From Lama glama (Eukaryota), in assembly GCA_028534125.1 (NCBI GenBank), contig CM052816.1, positions 69,318,001 through 69,382,000 of the forward strand: a stretch of 64,000 bases of DNA, given 5' to 3'. The position numbers were made by a program, and so were the translations under genes. Shown piece by piece: positions 53,336-64,000 of this stretch. The notes beneath the pieces were generated by a model. That model worked only from the letters and a program-made list of their open reading frames with translations, had not been told where the DNA came from and did no database searches. Every line of letters starts with the position of its first letter. The first letter of the stretch is position 1.

Positions 53336-53549
53336 CCCTCTTAAGCGTGTAGGAACAGGGGAAAGGAAATAGAGCTACTGGCCTAGTATGGGCTGGAGCC
53401 AGAGGAGAGAGGGCAGCCTCATCAGAGCTGCAGACAGAAGGAGACAACCCCCAATCAGAACCTAGAACCGAAACAGCAAGTGCCAGAGAAAAAAATACCC
53501 CAATCTGTCTTGCCTTCCACAAGGAAACACATACACAAATATACAAATA

Positions 53550-54370
53550 AGAAATATATATAAATATTTAATGCAATAGGTAAGTGAGTTAAATTCATCT
53601 ATTAAAAGACATATCATCAAATTGTTTAATCCAGCTACATGCTACTTCTTTCAAGAAACGCACTTATTGATACATTATAATTGACTGTACTTCAATTAAA
53701 AAAAAGAAACACACTTAAAACAAAACTACATTGAATATATAAGAAAAAATGATGTCATGCAAATAGTAAAATAAAAAAGTGATAGTGTCAGGCAAAACAG
53801 ATTTTAAGGCTAAAAGCATTAAATGGAGAGAAAAAGGGAGCCTAAATAATAATCCAATTGAGAAAAATTATAAATTTATAATCACATGATGACATAATCT
53901 GAGCGTATCCAAAGTGAAAAATAGACCAGAATTTTTAAATTTTAAATCGTCCATTCATATTGAGAGATTTTTAAATGTCAATCTATGTGTTTCTAGTAGT
54001 CATAAACAAAAGAATTAAAAAGAGAAGACTATTTGAGTAACAAAATAGCAATCATACATATGTGTGTATATATGTGCATATGCATATTATTCATATACAT
54101 TCTCAAATAGAAAATATTCACATAGATTATTTTCAAGTATACATGGTACGCTTAAGAAAAATTACTACATACCAGGTCATGAAGAAAATCTCAACAAATT
54201 ACAAAGAATGTTATCATATAGACCATTTTCTCTTATCAAAACATATTTTTTGTATTTGTCCCTGAAGTTAGAAAACATTAATAAATAGGATGTTATAAAT
54301 ATATACATGCAAACATACATGCTCTTACATATAAAATAATGCTGAGGAAATATAGAAAAATATAGTTACT
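53550..54370 (+). mobile_element. Ancient L1 endonuclease-region remnant
   Basis: ttaaattcatctattaaaagac, ccagctacatgct...caagaaac and ggtcatgaagaaaatctcaacaaatt resemble the ORF2 N-terminus. Confidence 0.65.
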
Positions 54371-55239
54371 TAGAATCATTTATTTTTCAAATTTAAAATA
54401 CTGTTTCTTGTTATTTTGTGGAGAACATCTAGCCAACTCAATTACTAAAACAGGGTTAGTTTAAAAATAGGATGTATAAGCTGTAAGTCAGCATACTGAA
54501 CCAACATTTTAATTCTTCTTTCCAGCTAACTATTTCAGAACTTCTGATAAGAACAGTGGTCATTATTGAAAAACAGATTTTTGTTAAACTTGAGGAAACG
54601 ATTATTAGGGGTTTGGGGGGTTTTAACCTGAAATTGTATGCCATTTGTGTTTTTAAGATCACTCTTTGGATGTGCTATGGTCCATGAACAGCAGTTTTCA
54701 GATAATCACAAGTAGGTGAGAAATAAGACAAGGGCAGGTTCAGGACTTAGTGTAGTTTGGACCTGGGGCAGTGAGTGGGCTCACAACCTTCAAAGACTTC
54801 TGGACTTCCAGGACTGGTCCACAATCTTCAGAAAAAGAAAAATCCTGGAGAAATTGAAGAGAACTGACTTTGCACCTAAGTAGGCTAAATATTAGATCAG
54901 AATAGAAGGTGATGTTAGAGTCCATAACTGGAAGGCAGTGTAGGGTGCACTGGTAGTGGATGCTGTTAGGACTGTGATTTGCCTCACACCCTCTTCCTGC
55001 AACTCTGGATTTGAGGTTGTTGTGGATACAAACCCTATGTACCTTCTCGCCTGCCTTCTTTTTCTTGACGGGATTGCCTGCCTCCCCCACCCTGCTGATG
55101 CCCTTTGCCAGAGCCTTTGCCAAGCCTCCTTAGGTGGCTAGAGTCCAAATGGAGAAGCCCTGAGCCTACACTCCTCTCCCTGACTGAGCCCAAACTCTGC
55201 TGAGTCATCCTTCTGCTCCCAGCATGGATGAAATGTCAC

Positions 55240-55660
55240 ACTGTGGGGTGTGGGGTCTGGTTTCACTAAGGGGTTGAATGATTTAACTCAGAGTGCAGGG
55301 GAGTCTACTCCCTGGGAGCTGAACCTTGACTGATGAGATTCGGGACATTGCAGGGAACAGGGGATACATATTCCCTCTCCTGCCACCCCTGTGGACTGCT
55401 CTAAGATTTGATTTCTTCCTGAAGATCATCTGGAGAAGTTCCAGGTGCTGAGCCAACATCCCTGCCAAGAGTTGGCAGTCTCTTTATAGCTCAGTGTGAA
55501 ACAGTGACCAGCATAGTCACACATCGCATTGCTTTGTTTCCCATCTTTTCTTGCCTCCATGCCCCTATTTCGTCACCTGTACCATCCTGGGTTTGCACTT
55601 CCCAAATAAATGGTCGGCACTTTAATCCTTTCCTCAGGCTGTATTTTGTAGGAAAGCTTT
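55240..55660 (+). mobile_element. LTR16-like ERVL LTR
   Basis: 3' end cacttcccaaataaa...gcactttaatcctttcctcaggctgtatttt. Confidence 0.55.
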
Positions 55661-55844
55661 TCTAGGAGAGAACGGCTCTCACTTTCCTGGAGTGCTGGCG
55701 TTTTCCCTGGTCCTACTCTCCGCTTTTCCCCACCCTGCCCTCGGCCCTGGGAAGCTGTTGAACTCTATCTACAGGGCGCCCACACCCTCCACCTACCTGT
55801 TAAGTCCAGCTAATGGGGTGCCCTGATTTTTAACATAACAGTCT

Positions 55845-56358
55845 TTATTTTTTATTTTTGTATTTTTTAATTGAAGTATAGTTGATTTACAGTGTTGTGT
55901 TAGTTTCAGATGTACAGCATAGTGACTCAGTTTTATATATTTTTTTCATACTCTTTTCCATTAGAGGTTATTACAAGATATTGAATATAGTTTCTTGTGC
56001 TATACAGTAGGACCTCGTTTATTCTATGGATAGTAATTTGTATCTGCTAATCCCAAACTCCTAATTTATCCCTCCTCACCTCCTCCCCTGCTTTGATAAC
56101 CTTAAGTTTGTTTTCTATGAGTGAGTCTGTTTCTGTTTTGTAAATAAGTTCATTTGTATAATTTTTCAGATTCCACATCTAAGTTGTATTATAAGATATT
56201 TGTCTTTCTTCACTTAGTATGATAATCTCTAGGTCCATCCATGTTGCTGCAAATGGCATTAGTTTATTCTTTTTATGACCAAGTAGTATTCCATTGTATA
56301 TATACATCACATGTTCTTTATCCAGTCATCCATCGATGGACCTTTAGGTTCCTTCCAC
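55845..56358 (-). mobile_element. 5'-truncated L1 3' end (artiodactyl-type)
   Basis: ttttttaattgaagtatagttgatttaca...tctaggtccatccatgttgctgcaaatggc. Degenerate TSD taacat...tctttatt on both sides. Confidence 0.88.
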
Positions 56359-58704
56359 TAACATGGGTATTCTTTATTCCTGGTCAGTGTGCCCTTTTCT
56401 TTAATAATGAAAGCAAATGTACAGTGTATGTTTGATAGGCCACAAACAGGCTGTTTTAGCTGGCAGTTAAAATTCAAGTTAACTCATGTATAAGCCAGAA
56501 TGATTTCCCCATACCTCAATATATGAAAATTCCTTTTATCACCTGAAAGGGACTTTAGTGAAGGAATCATTTATGGGAGAGCAGGCAAAATAAAGGGAGT
56601 CGACAGTGGATAGTGAAGCACCAGGAACAAGAAAGAGCAGAAAAGATCACCACCCCAAGTGCTGACGGGGCAAAAGGAAGAAACAAGGCTAGAATGCAGG
56701 CACCCAGTACAAGTGCAAGTCCTGGAGGAGCAGCCATCTCTCCAGAGCTCCAGTCCTGGGGAGATGCAGGTCCTGGCAGAGCCTTGTCTGCAGCAGGTTG
56801 GCAGCTGGGGAAAGAGATGTCCTGATCTCTCTTCCCCACTGACCACCCGTCTCCTCTCTCCAGTCTCTGGTCTGTAGTCAGTGCCTCCTGTTGGCTGAAC
56901 CTAGTTGGAAACCAGAATGACATGGCCCATAGGGGTCAGCAACTTGGGCTCAGAGTAGGGGTGAGAAAGGCAGAGGATGGGTCTGGGTTGGAAGGGAGGG
57001 CAACAGTATGATTAGGATATCAAACACCTTGCAAATATAATCCTAGTTTTCCAAAAACTGGTACATGTATTTATGTATAAGAGAAGACTGAAGTAGAATT
57101 TTAAAGTAGCTATATTATGGTAGTAGAAGAAGAATAAATGGATTTTTTATACTGTTTGGTATATTTTCCAAATCAAAAAAAGTGGCTGTGTATTACTTTA
57201 AAATGTTTAACTTTTAAAGGAACTATTTCTATCCGTGGCTCCTCATGGTAAGAATTTTACTTTCTGAAATTTCTCAGAAGTAAGACCTCATCTAGAGTAA
57301 GATCAAGGCCAAATGAGAGGGGTTTTGTGTTTGTTTCTCAAAGCACTAGTTTGTTGTCACACTGTTCTGCTCAGCAGTGGGAAAGAATAATCTAAAGTTG
57401 GACAAATGGTATCCCAGTTCTAGTCACATTAGTAGATATAATCCTAGTAATTACTGTTAACTTTGTTATACAGCAGAATTGGTCTGTGATACTCACTTTG
57501 TCGAACGAAATTTGTTAGCCTAGAGTTGAAGGCACAAACATCCATACCTAGGCCACGAACTCATACAAACATCTAGCTTCAAAATCCTTTCAATTTAATC
57601 ATACTGTAAACAAAAATCTCTCTTTGTCTTCGAAACCATTTGTATAACTGTCCAATTTATTTTTCTGTTGTCTCCTGTCTCTCGTGCTTGCCTGTGAACT
57701 ATGAATAAAATGCCACAGAGGAGCACAGTGGTATTGTCAGCAGTCAAGTATCTACCCTGGTGTTTTCCACACCCAAATTCCTCTTCTATTCATTGTGTTG
57801 TCCTCAGCCTCACATGGGGTATGGGGTAGAAGCAGTTACTTTCCCAAAAGAAATATTTAATATGTACAGAATGAGATGGCAAACCTTTGCAATGTCACAG
57901 ACCAGCTGTTGAAGGCAATATTCCTAACCACCAGTCCCAGCTGCTCCCTGGGCCAAAGCAGCCCGTGTGCTGTATAAACTCAGACGCCCGCCCCTGTAAG
58001 CTCGAGCCTCAGAACTTACCCTGCCTGCCAGGCTATTTAAAGCTAAGGATTATGCAGTGAGAACAGATGCAGTACATTTTGCCATCTTCCAAAGTCTTAA
58101 ATTTTAAGTAACATTTGAAGAGCATAGTTTAATTTTTTTAATTTTTTAAAGTGGTTTCCTAAACTTAATTTATGAGTTAATACATCTTATTATTTCATAA
58201 GTAACAAAACATATGCTGTGCTTTTAAAAAACACTACAGATAAGATTCAGTTTAGTGGAAAAAAAAATGAGATACGTATGTGGAACTTTTGAAAAATAAG
58301 ACTTACATCTGAAAATCCCAACGTAAGTTTCAAGCAGTAACAAATACAGTGACTCATAAATGTATTTCAGACCCAATATCCAAGTACTATATTTTAACAT
58401 GTAGACTCTGTGTTTACAAAGTTCCACTGTAATAAAACACTGAAAAGTAAAGCTTATGAAGCGTAGGGGATCACAACCCTTTTTCTCAATATAAAAAGTT
58501 TTCATAAAATGAATAAGAATTTCTGGGATTTGTGTGGTTCTTCTGCCATCAGTTGTTACAAATGCAGCTTCTCTGGCACTGCTGGAGTAACAAAGAAATA
58601 ACTGAGTTCCTCTCTAGTATCAATCGCCTAAATTGTCAATGCTTCCGATGTAAGAATAGCATCAATTTGAGCCCTAGGTACAAATTTAACAATTTTCCTT
58701 TCTG

Positions 58705-58759
58705 AGTAATAATAACAAAGACAACGTCAACATACCAGAACCATGCCTAGATTTTTAAT
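58705..58759 (-). terminator. HSPB3: HSPB3 polyadenylation signal ATTAAA (58759-58754) with downstream GU/U-rich element
   Basis: About 105 nt after the stop codon, followed on the minus strand by TGTTGACGTTGTCTTTGTTATT. Confidence 0.6.
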
Positions 58760-58863
58760 CTTCATAAAAATCACTTCAAACGTGGCTCAGACAAACATTC
58801 TCGTGATACCACAGGCTGAATTAGAGTCTTCCTCCTGCCGTATGAACAGGAAGCAGTGGGATT

Positions 58864-59316
58864 TCACTGGGTCCCAGCTGGATCCTTGACTTCCACCACC
58901 AGAATCCCGTCGTGACAGAGGATGGCAGACAAATCTTTGGTTTCGATGCCGTCGGGCAGTTTATACTGCCGGGTGAAGCTTCTCGAGATAAAGCCATGCT
59001 CGTCCATTCTGGTTCCATGTTGAGCCTTGATCAGCAGCCAGCCTTCGAAGGTCTGAATGATGATATCTTCGGGGAGGAACTGGACCACGTCCAGCAGGAT
59101 CTGGAAGCGGGATTCGCCTCTCTGCGGCGGCATCTCTGCGGCGGAGTCCACGGGGGGAGCCGGGGCGGCCCCGGCCTTCCCCAGGTCCACGGTGGTTGGC
59201 CCGGGCAGTGCATATAAAGCGTGATCCAGCCTGCAGTCTTCCAAACCTCGAGCTTCAAACTGCTCCTCATATCGCACTGGAGTCTCTATGAGGTGCCTCA
59301 AGATGACTTTTGCCAT
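58864..59316 (-). CDS. HSPB3: Small heat shock protein beta-3 (alpha-crystallin domain), intronless
   Basis: 150 aa [16 protein letters not shown]...[54 protein letters not shown]7, R116 and Y118 are retained. HSPB3 next to SNX18 matches the known mammalian gene order. Confidence 0.97.
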   Translation of the reverse strand: MAKVILRHLIETPVRYEEQFEARGLEDCRLDHALYALPGPTTVDLGKAGAAPAPPVDSAAEMPPQRGESRFQILLDVVQFLPEDIIIQTFEGWLLIKAQHGTRMDEHGFISRSFTRQYKLPDGIETKDLSAILCHDGILVVEVKDPAGTQ

Positions 59317-59404
59317 AGCGGAGGCAAAGCCAGCATCTGTCCCGCCTAGGTTGCTGGTGTTGAACCCTTGCAGTGGCCGACTGACTGGATGATCGGTTGC
59401 AGCC

Positions 59405-59525
59405 GCTCTTCGCTTATAACCCTGCGCCGACGCAGCCCCTTAATTAGGCCTGAATCACAGCGCCGCACGCTCCCTCTTGTCTTTTCACTCCCGCTGACAA
59501 TGAACGGCTATTTATAGGGCTTGTT
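59405..59525 (-). promoter_or_regulatory. HSPB3: HSPB3 proximal promoter: TATA-like TATAAG (59418-59413), TAATTA (59441-59446), TGACA (59495-59499), MEF2 site CTATTTATAG (59508-59517)
   Basis: Perfect CTA(A/T)4TAG about 90 bp upstream of a TATA-like box, consistent with the known muscle expression of HSPB3. Confidence 0.7.
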
Positions 59526-60949
59526 TCGAAGTTGCTTTTAGCACACAGCCTGCTCGAGCTGCCGAGTCAAGGATTGCCCTTAACATTCTCAGTTATACTT
59601 GGCAAGTGTGTCTGTCTTACTTACCCCGAGAGAAAGAGAGAATGAGAGACAGTATTCGGGAATTATCTGAGTGAGTGCTCTGTCCTCGTGAACCACCGTG
59701 ATCTAAGGGACTGTGGCTTCTTAGAACAGCCCAGAAATGTGCAGTCGTCTTATAATATGAGCTAAAACTGCATCAAGCCTAGTCTCCAACTGCAAAGCTA
59801 GGCGAGGTGAATATTGATGTAACTGATTAGGAATTAAGACAGACACACACACACTCAAATCTCAGACCTTCAGCAAACCCTCAGCCCTCTGTCCTATATA
59901 TTTACTTTTATTTCATCTTTTAATCTTTTGTCTTTAAGAGATATCTGAGCCACACTATCTGGGTTTATTATATTTGATTGATCACAAATGAGATCAGATG
60001 GCTAAACCAGACAATGGTGGCAAACCTCAGATGGGGGTTGGAGGGGCTTAAAATGGGGACTTTTAGATAGAGCCCCAGAGGAGAGAAAAAATGTTAAAGC
60101 TTTGAACTATTTGATGTTAAAGCCCAGAAGACTTAGAATCAATCTAATTGCAGCTCTGCTGTTGAATTGGCATAAATAAAAACGTATAATTTCTTAACGA
60201 TAATGTTCTTTATATTAAACTTTAATTGCAAAAGAATGAGGCAACTCTTTAGCCACTGAATGATTTCCAAGATATGTTAAGTACAGAAGAAAAGTCCCAA
60301 ACAGCATATACTGTGCTACTATTTATCCTTTCTTGTAAGTAGGTATTTGCTTATATAAATAGAATCTCTCTGCAGGCTATGTCACCGGCAACAGCAGTTG
60401 CCTCCTGAGACAGCCCCAGGGTGATGGGGGGGCAGGGGCTGGAAGGAGACTTGCTCAGCACTGTAAACGCACGTGTGTGTTTTATTTATGCAGTGTGTAT
60501 GCAATGCACATACACACAAGAAAGCTTCCTCTCTACAGATGTTAGTATTTTCTAGCACAGGTAGGCTCTGGAATACCTTTCCTTAAAACACATTCCATTT
60601 TCTTAGAATGAAAGAAAGAACCTGCAAAAAATAAAAAATCAGAAAACAGAAGGGAACAATCTCCTTTAGCTCTTTTTATTACTCTAAAAACCTGTGTGGA
60701 CATTTCAATATGTATTTAAGAACATGCCCTAATCATGCTGTTCCCATTCACCTTTTTTGACCTGCATTTTACAGGTGATGGCCCTCAAAGGGAAAATGTG
60801 CTCTTTTAGATGTTAATGTCCTCTGACTCATAACATATTGAGAGATGTGTTCATCTCTGCTGCTCCGAGTGATAGGTCAAAAATAGAACTCACTGCCAGT
60901 GGCAGGAAATAGATAAGATACTAAGGATTTGGCTTTAAATTGCTAGAAA

Positions 60950-61265
60950 GAGTCACAGCAAAAGTGAGAAGACGGTACAGAGGTTTTCCATATACCCCCG
61001 TCCCCACACATGTATAGCCCCGCCCCGGCCCTGTTATCAACATCCCCACTGGAGGGGTACGTTTGTTACAACAGATGAATGCACATTAACACATGACAAT
61101 CACCCAAAGACGATAATGTACGTGAGGCTTCACTCTTTGTGTTGCATGTTCTATGAATTTGCACAAAGATGTAATCACATGTATGCATCGAAATACTATC
61201 ATAGTTTCTCTGCCCTAAAAATCCTTTGTGCTCCACCTATTCACCTCTCCTCCCCAAACCCTGCT
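60950..61265 (-). mobile_element. L1MC-like 3' fragment
   Basis: Similar to 26370-26680 (gtacagag...tcaacatccccac...tttgttaca...gatgaa). Confidence 0.8.
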
Positions 61266-61469
61266 CTAAAACACTGCCATAAAAAAAAAAAAAGTCTGCT
61301 TAAAAAACTAAAACTGCTCCAAAAAATAAACTCTGTTAAAAATACTGGAAAGATGCTGGTAAGGTGGACAGAGGCAAATGTATCCAGTTAATCTTACCAT
61401 TTCTTGCCTCCAGGGATCTCTGAACTAGGCCAGGAGGACCCCCTGGCCTCCTGACCCCCACCTCTCCTC

Positions 61470-62500
61470 CTGGACCCTCTGCATCAACCACGCTGGCCTC
61501 CTGTCTGTCCTTGAAACTCCAAGCTTGTTTCTTCCTCAGGCCCTTTTGCTTGGAAAGCTTCACTCTCAGAATATGAAAAGCCATTCAGGATTCAGGTCAA
61601 ATGTCATCTCTTCAGGCAGGTCTTTCCTGACCGTCCAGCCAGAATCTTCCTCCTGTCACTCCTGTATTTTATCTCCATCACCATTGTCAGCATCTAAAAC
61701 AATCTTGCTCATAGATGCATCTTCCAGCTGGGGAAGGCAGACAATGGCACTTTGAGGTCAGAAACTCAGGGTGCACTGCTGTATCCCTGGCACCTAAGAC
61801 AGTGCCTGGAAAGTATTAGGGGAAAAAAAATATCCAACTGCTACAAATTTTGTCCTTTTTATTCAGCTGGCCCTCAGTGCCACTTGGTTATCTTTCTGTG
61901 TCTTTCAGTCAGCTTCTCCTATTTTTCCAAAGTAGAGATCACCAACTTCTTCCTCTCCTCAGGCCTTCCTCCTATCTTCCACCACACTCTCCCAGGTGTG
62001 GTGACTTCCCTGCATATTCACACCCAGACATCTCAGAGGGGGAGAAGCTGGTTGTCCTCCCTTCACTGCTGCCAGTGATTCCCTTGTCCCCTCCCTCCTC
62101 CTCTGGGCTTCTGTCCAACCACTTACCCCTTTCTGGACGTCTCTTAGTCTCTCACCATCCACAGGCTCCTCTCCATCAGCCTAAAGTCAAAGTGTGCTCC
62201 ATCTTTTTAAAACAAGACCTCCTAGACCTCTTGTCACCCTCTAGCTAATTATTCCACCCTCTTCCAGCCCAACTCCTTGAATTTGTGGCCTGTATTCAAT
62301 GGTCACTCTCCACGCTGCTGCTAAATGACTTCTGTCCTACCTTGGACTCTGCCCTTGGCACAAAGTTAGCCTTGCTGCTAAATCTGTGCTTTAACCTTAT
62401 CTCCCTTACCCTCTTCAGCACTGACATAAGCCTCTTATCGGAAAAGGATGGGAACTGTTTTTGCCGTAGCCCTGTCAAGAGGACAAGTAGTTTTCTCTTA
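61470..62500 (+). mobile_element. L2 fragments
   Basis: tcaggtcaaatgtcatctcttc, ctgtatccctggcacctaagacagtgcctgg and ccttatctcccttaccctcttcagcactgaca. Confidence 0.65.
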
Positions 62501-64000
62501 TCCTATTCCATGCATTCTCAAAGGGGACAATATTGCCCTCAAGGGGGCAAAAATTGGTTCTTATGGAGAAAAAAAATCCACATTATCTAAGATTATATCA
62601 AATCTTAGCTATTAGATTATGGGTTGTAACCCTCCCAAAGGCCCAAGTACATAAATAGACATAAAGAAAATCTGTGGTATTAAAATTTCATGAGGCAGAG
62701 GGAGGAGAAATCAGCCAGAAAATGTCTTAAAAGACTCCTGGGAGTGGAGGGGTGGAGCAATAAAAAAAAAAAAGGGTTAGAGACACTGTTAGGTTAGCTT
62801 CATGAATTGCTCATCCAGACCCCACGGCCCAGGGGCTCACTTGGGGGATTCCAGTACTAACTAGGCTTGCGTCTGAGAAGGTTTCCTAGAGAGAGAGATC
62901 TGTCGGCCTGGATAAGAGGACAATGAGGTGGGACAAATGGAGCTTTGGGCAGGGAAGGGACAGGAGGTTGAGTGTTCGCCACATTCCAGGACTGGAGCCA
63001 GAAGAGAAGGCCATGATCGGAGGACAAAAGGACGCGGTGTGGCCACAAGGCAGGCCACAGAGTAGGAAGTGGAAAAAATGAGGCTGGAGAGGTGAGCAGA
63101 GACCAAATCCGGAAGAACCTCACGTGTCATTTGGGACAAAAATAACATTTTCAAATTTCCACCAGTTGTTCTAGGAGTGACATTGGAATCCTTGTTTTAG
63201 AGTAAACACTAATCTTTCTCTTCATAATCAAAAGGCTCATTGCAGTTGTTTTTATTTTCCCCAAAAACTAAAGTTGAGGTTCTATTCTAGACTATAGGAG
63301 TTAATTTCATGAAGACCCAAATCAGTGCCTTTTTTACTTTTCTGACGACACTTACAGTAAGAAACACATTCAGCACTGCTACCCAGTGAACACATATATA
63401 CACACACTGGGTACAAAACACTTAGCTTTACTACGTGCAGTGCACTCTGATGGTCCCTCTGTTCAATTCCATTTAGCTCAACAGTGAGACTTACACTTCA
63501 CTAAGTTGATTTCACAGCCCACAGTTTGAAAAGCAGTTGACTTTTTACATTGTTAAGCAAGGTCGTTTATCATCTTTGTGGGGTGAGTTACCCCTCTGCA
63601 GGGAGACTGTGATGGTCTTAATTGGTTTTTCTTCTGCAGTTGCAGCAAGACGTTGAGTAAGTAGGAAAGCAGGAGGTCAGCAAGACCAGACAGCGTGGCT
63701 TAGGTCCGGTGCTGTAGAGGATGAGGAAGATAAGGATGAAAGCACAGATTTAGCAGTGAGGGGGCCTTCGACTTCGCTCGGGAGTGTCAGAGGCAAAGCT
63801 GGGCAGAGGTTACACTGCAGGTGGTCGGGGAGTACATGCTGCACGCAGATCACAACTTCTAGGAGTTGGGTGGGAGGGGATGGAAGGAATTCGCTAGAGG
63901 CTGACACAAGGTCTGGAAGGCTTGTTTGGTCTTAATAAGATGTTTTTAAGAAAAGTGACCATTGGTCTAATGGGAAAAAGAGAACTGGTTAGCGAGGGAC

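Noticed and set aside
59275..59290. HSPB3 N-terminal IETPV instead of human IEIPV
   Set aside because: As I recall, the mouse ortholog also has ETPV, so it is unlikely to be lineage-specific.
59438..59448. CArG (SRF) box in the HSPB3 promoter
   Set aside because: CCTTAATTAGG has seven A/T bases, not the six of CC(A/T)6GG.
59525..59530. Heat-shock element at TTCGAA
   Set aside because: Lacks the 2-nt spacing and third pentamer of a canonical HSE.

Overview
Mammalian genomic DNA, probably from a camelid (it carries a tRNA-Ala-derived Vic-1-type SINE). Two protein-coding genes lie on the minus strand. SNX18 has a CpG-island first exon (CDS 23838-22206), a 21 kb intron and a last exon (CDS 1215-962); the spliced product is 628 aa (SH3-low complexity-PX-BAR) and the 3'UTR probably extends past the left edge. 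HSPB3 is intronless (59316-58864, 150 aa) with a MEF2/TATA muscle-type promoter. The rest is intron or intergenic DNA rich in old repeats (L1, L2, CR1/L3, MIR, MaLR/ERVL LTRs, an ERV-type LTR, hAT and Tigger elements). Repeat family names come from remembered consensus sequences and most boundaries are approximate. I found no convincing novel biological system. The best leads are a disabled homolog of the human SNX18 intron-read-through tail, divergent CTCF motifs between the genes, a ~95% identical 270 bp direct duplication, a proximal poly(A) signal upstream of miRNA seeds in the SNX18 3'UTR, an overlapping uORF on HSPB3, and several nested retrotransposition footprints.
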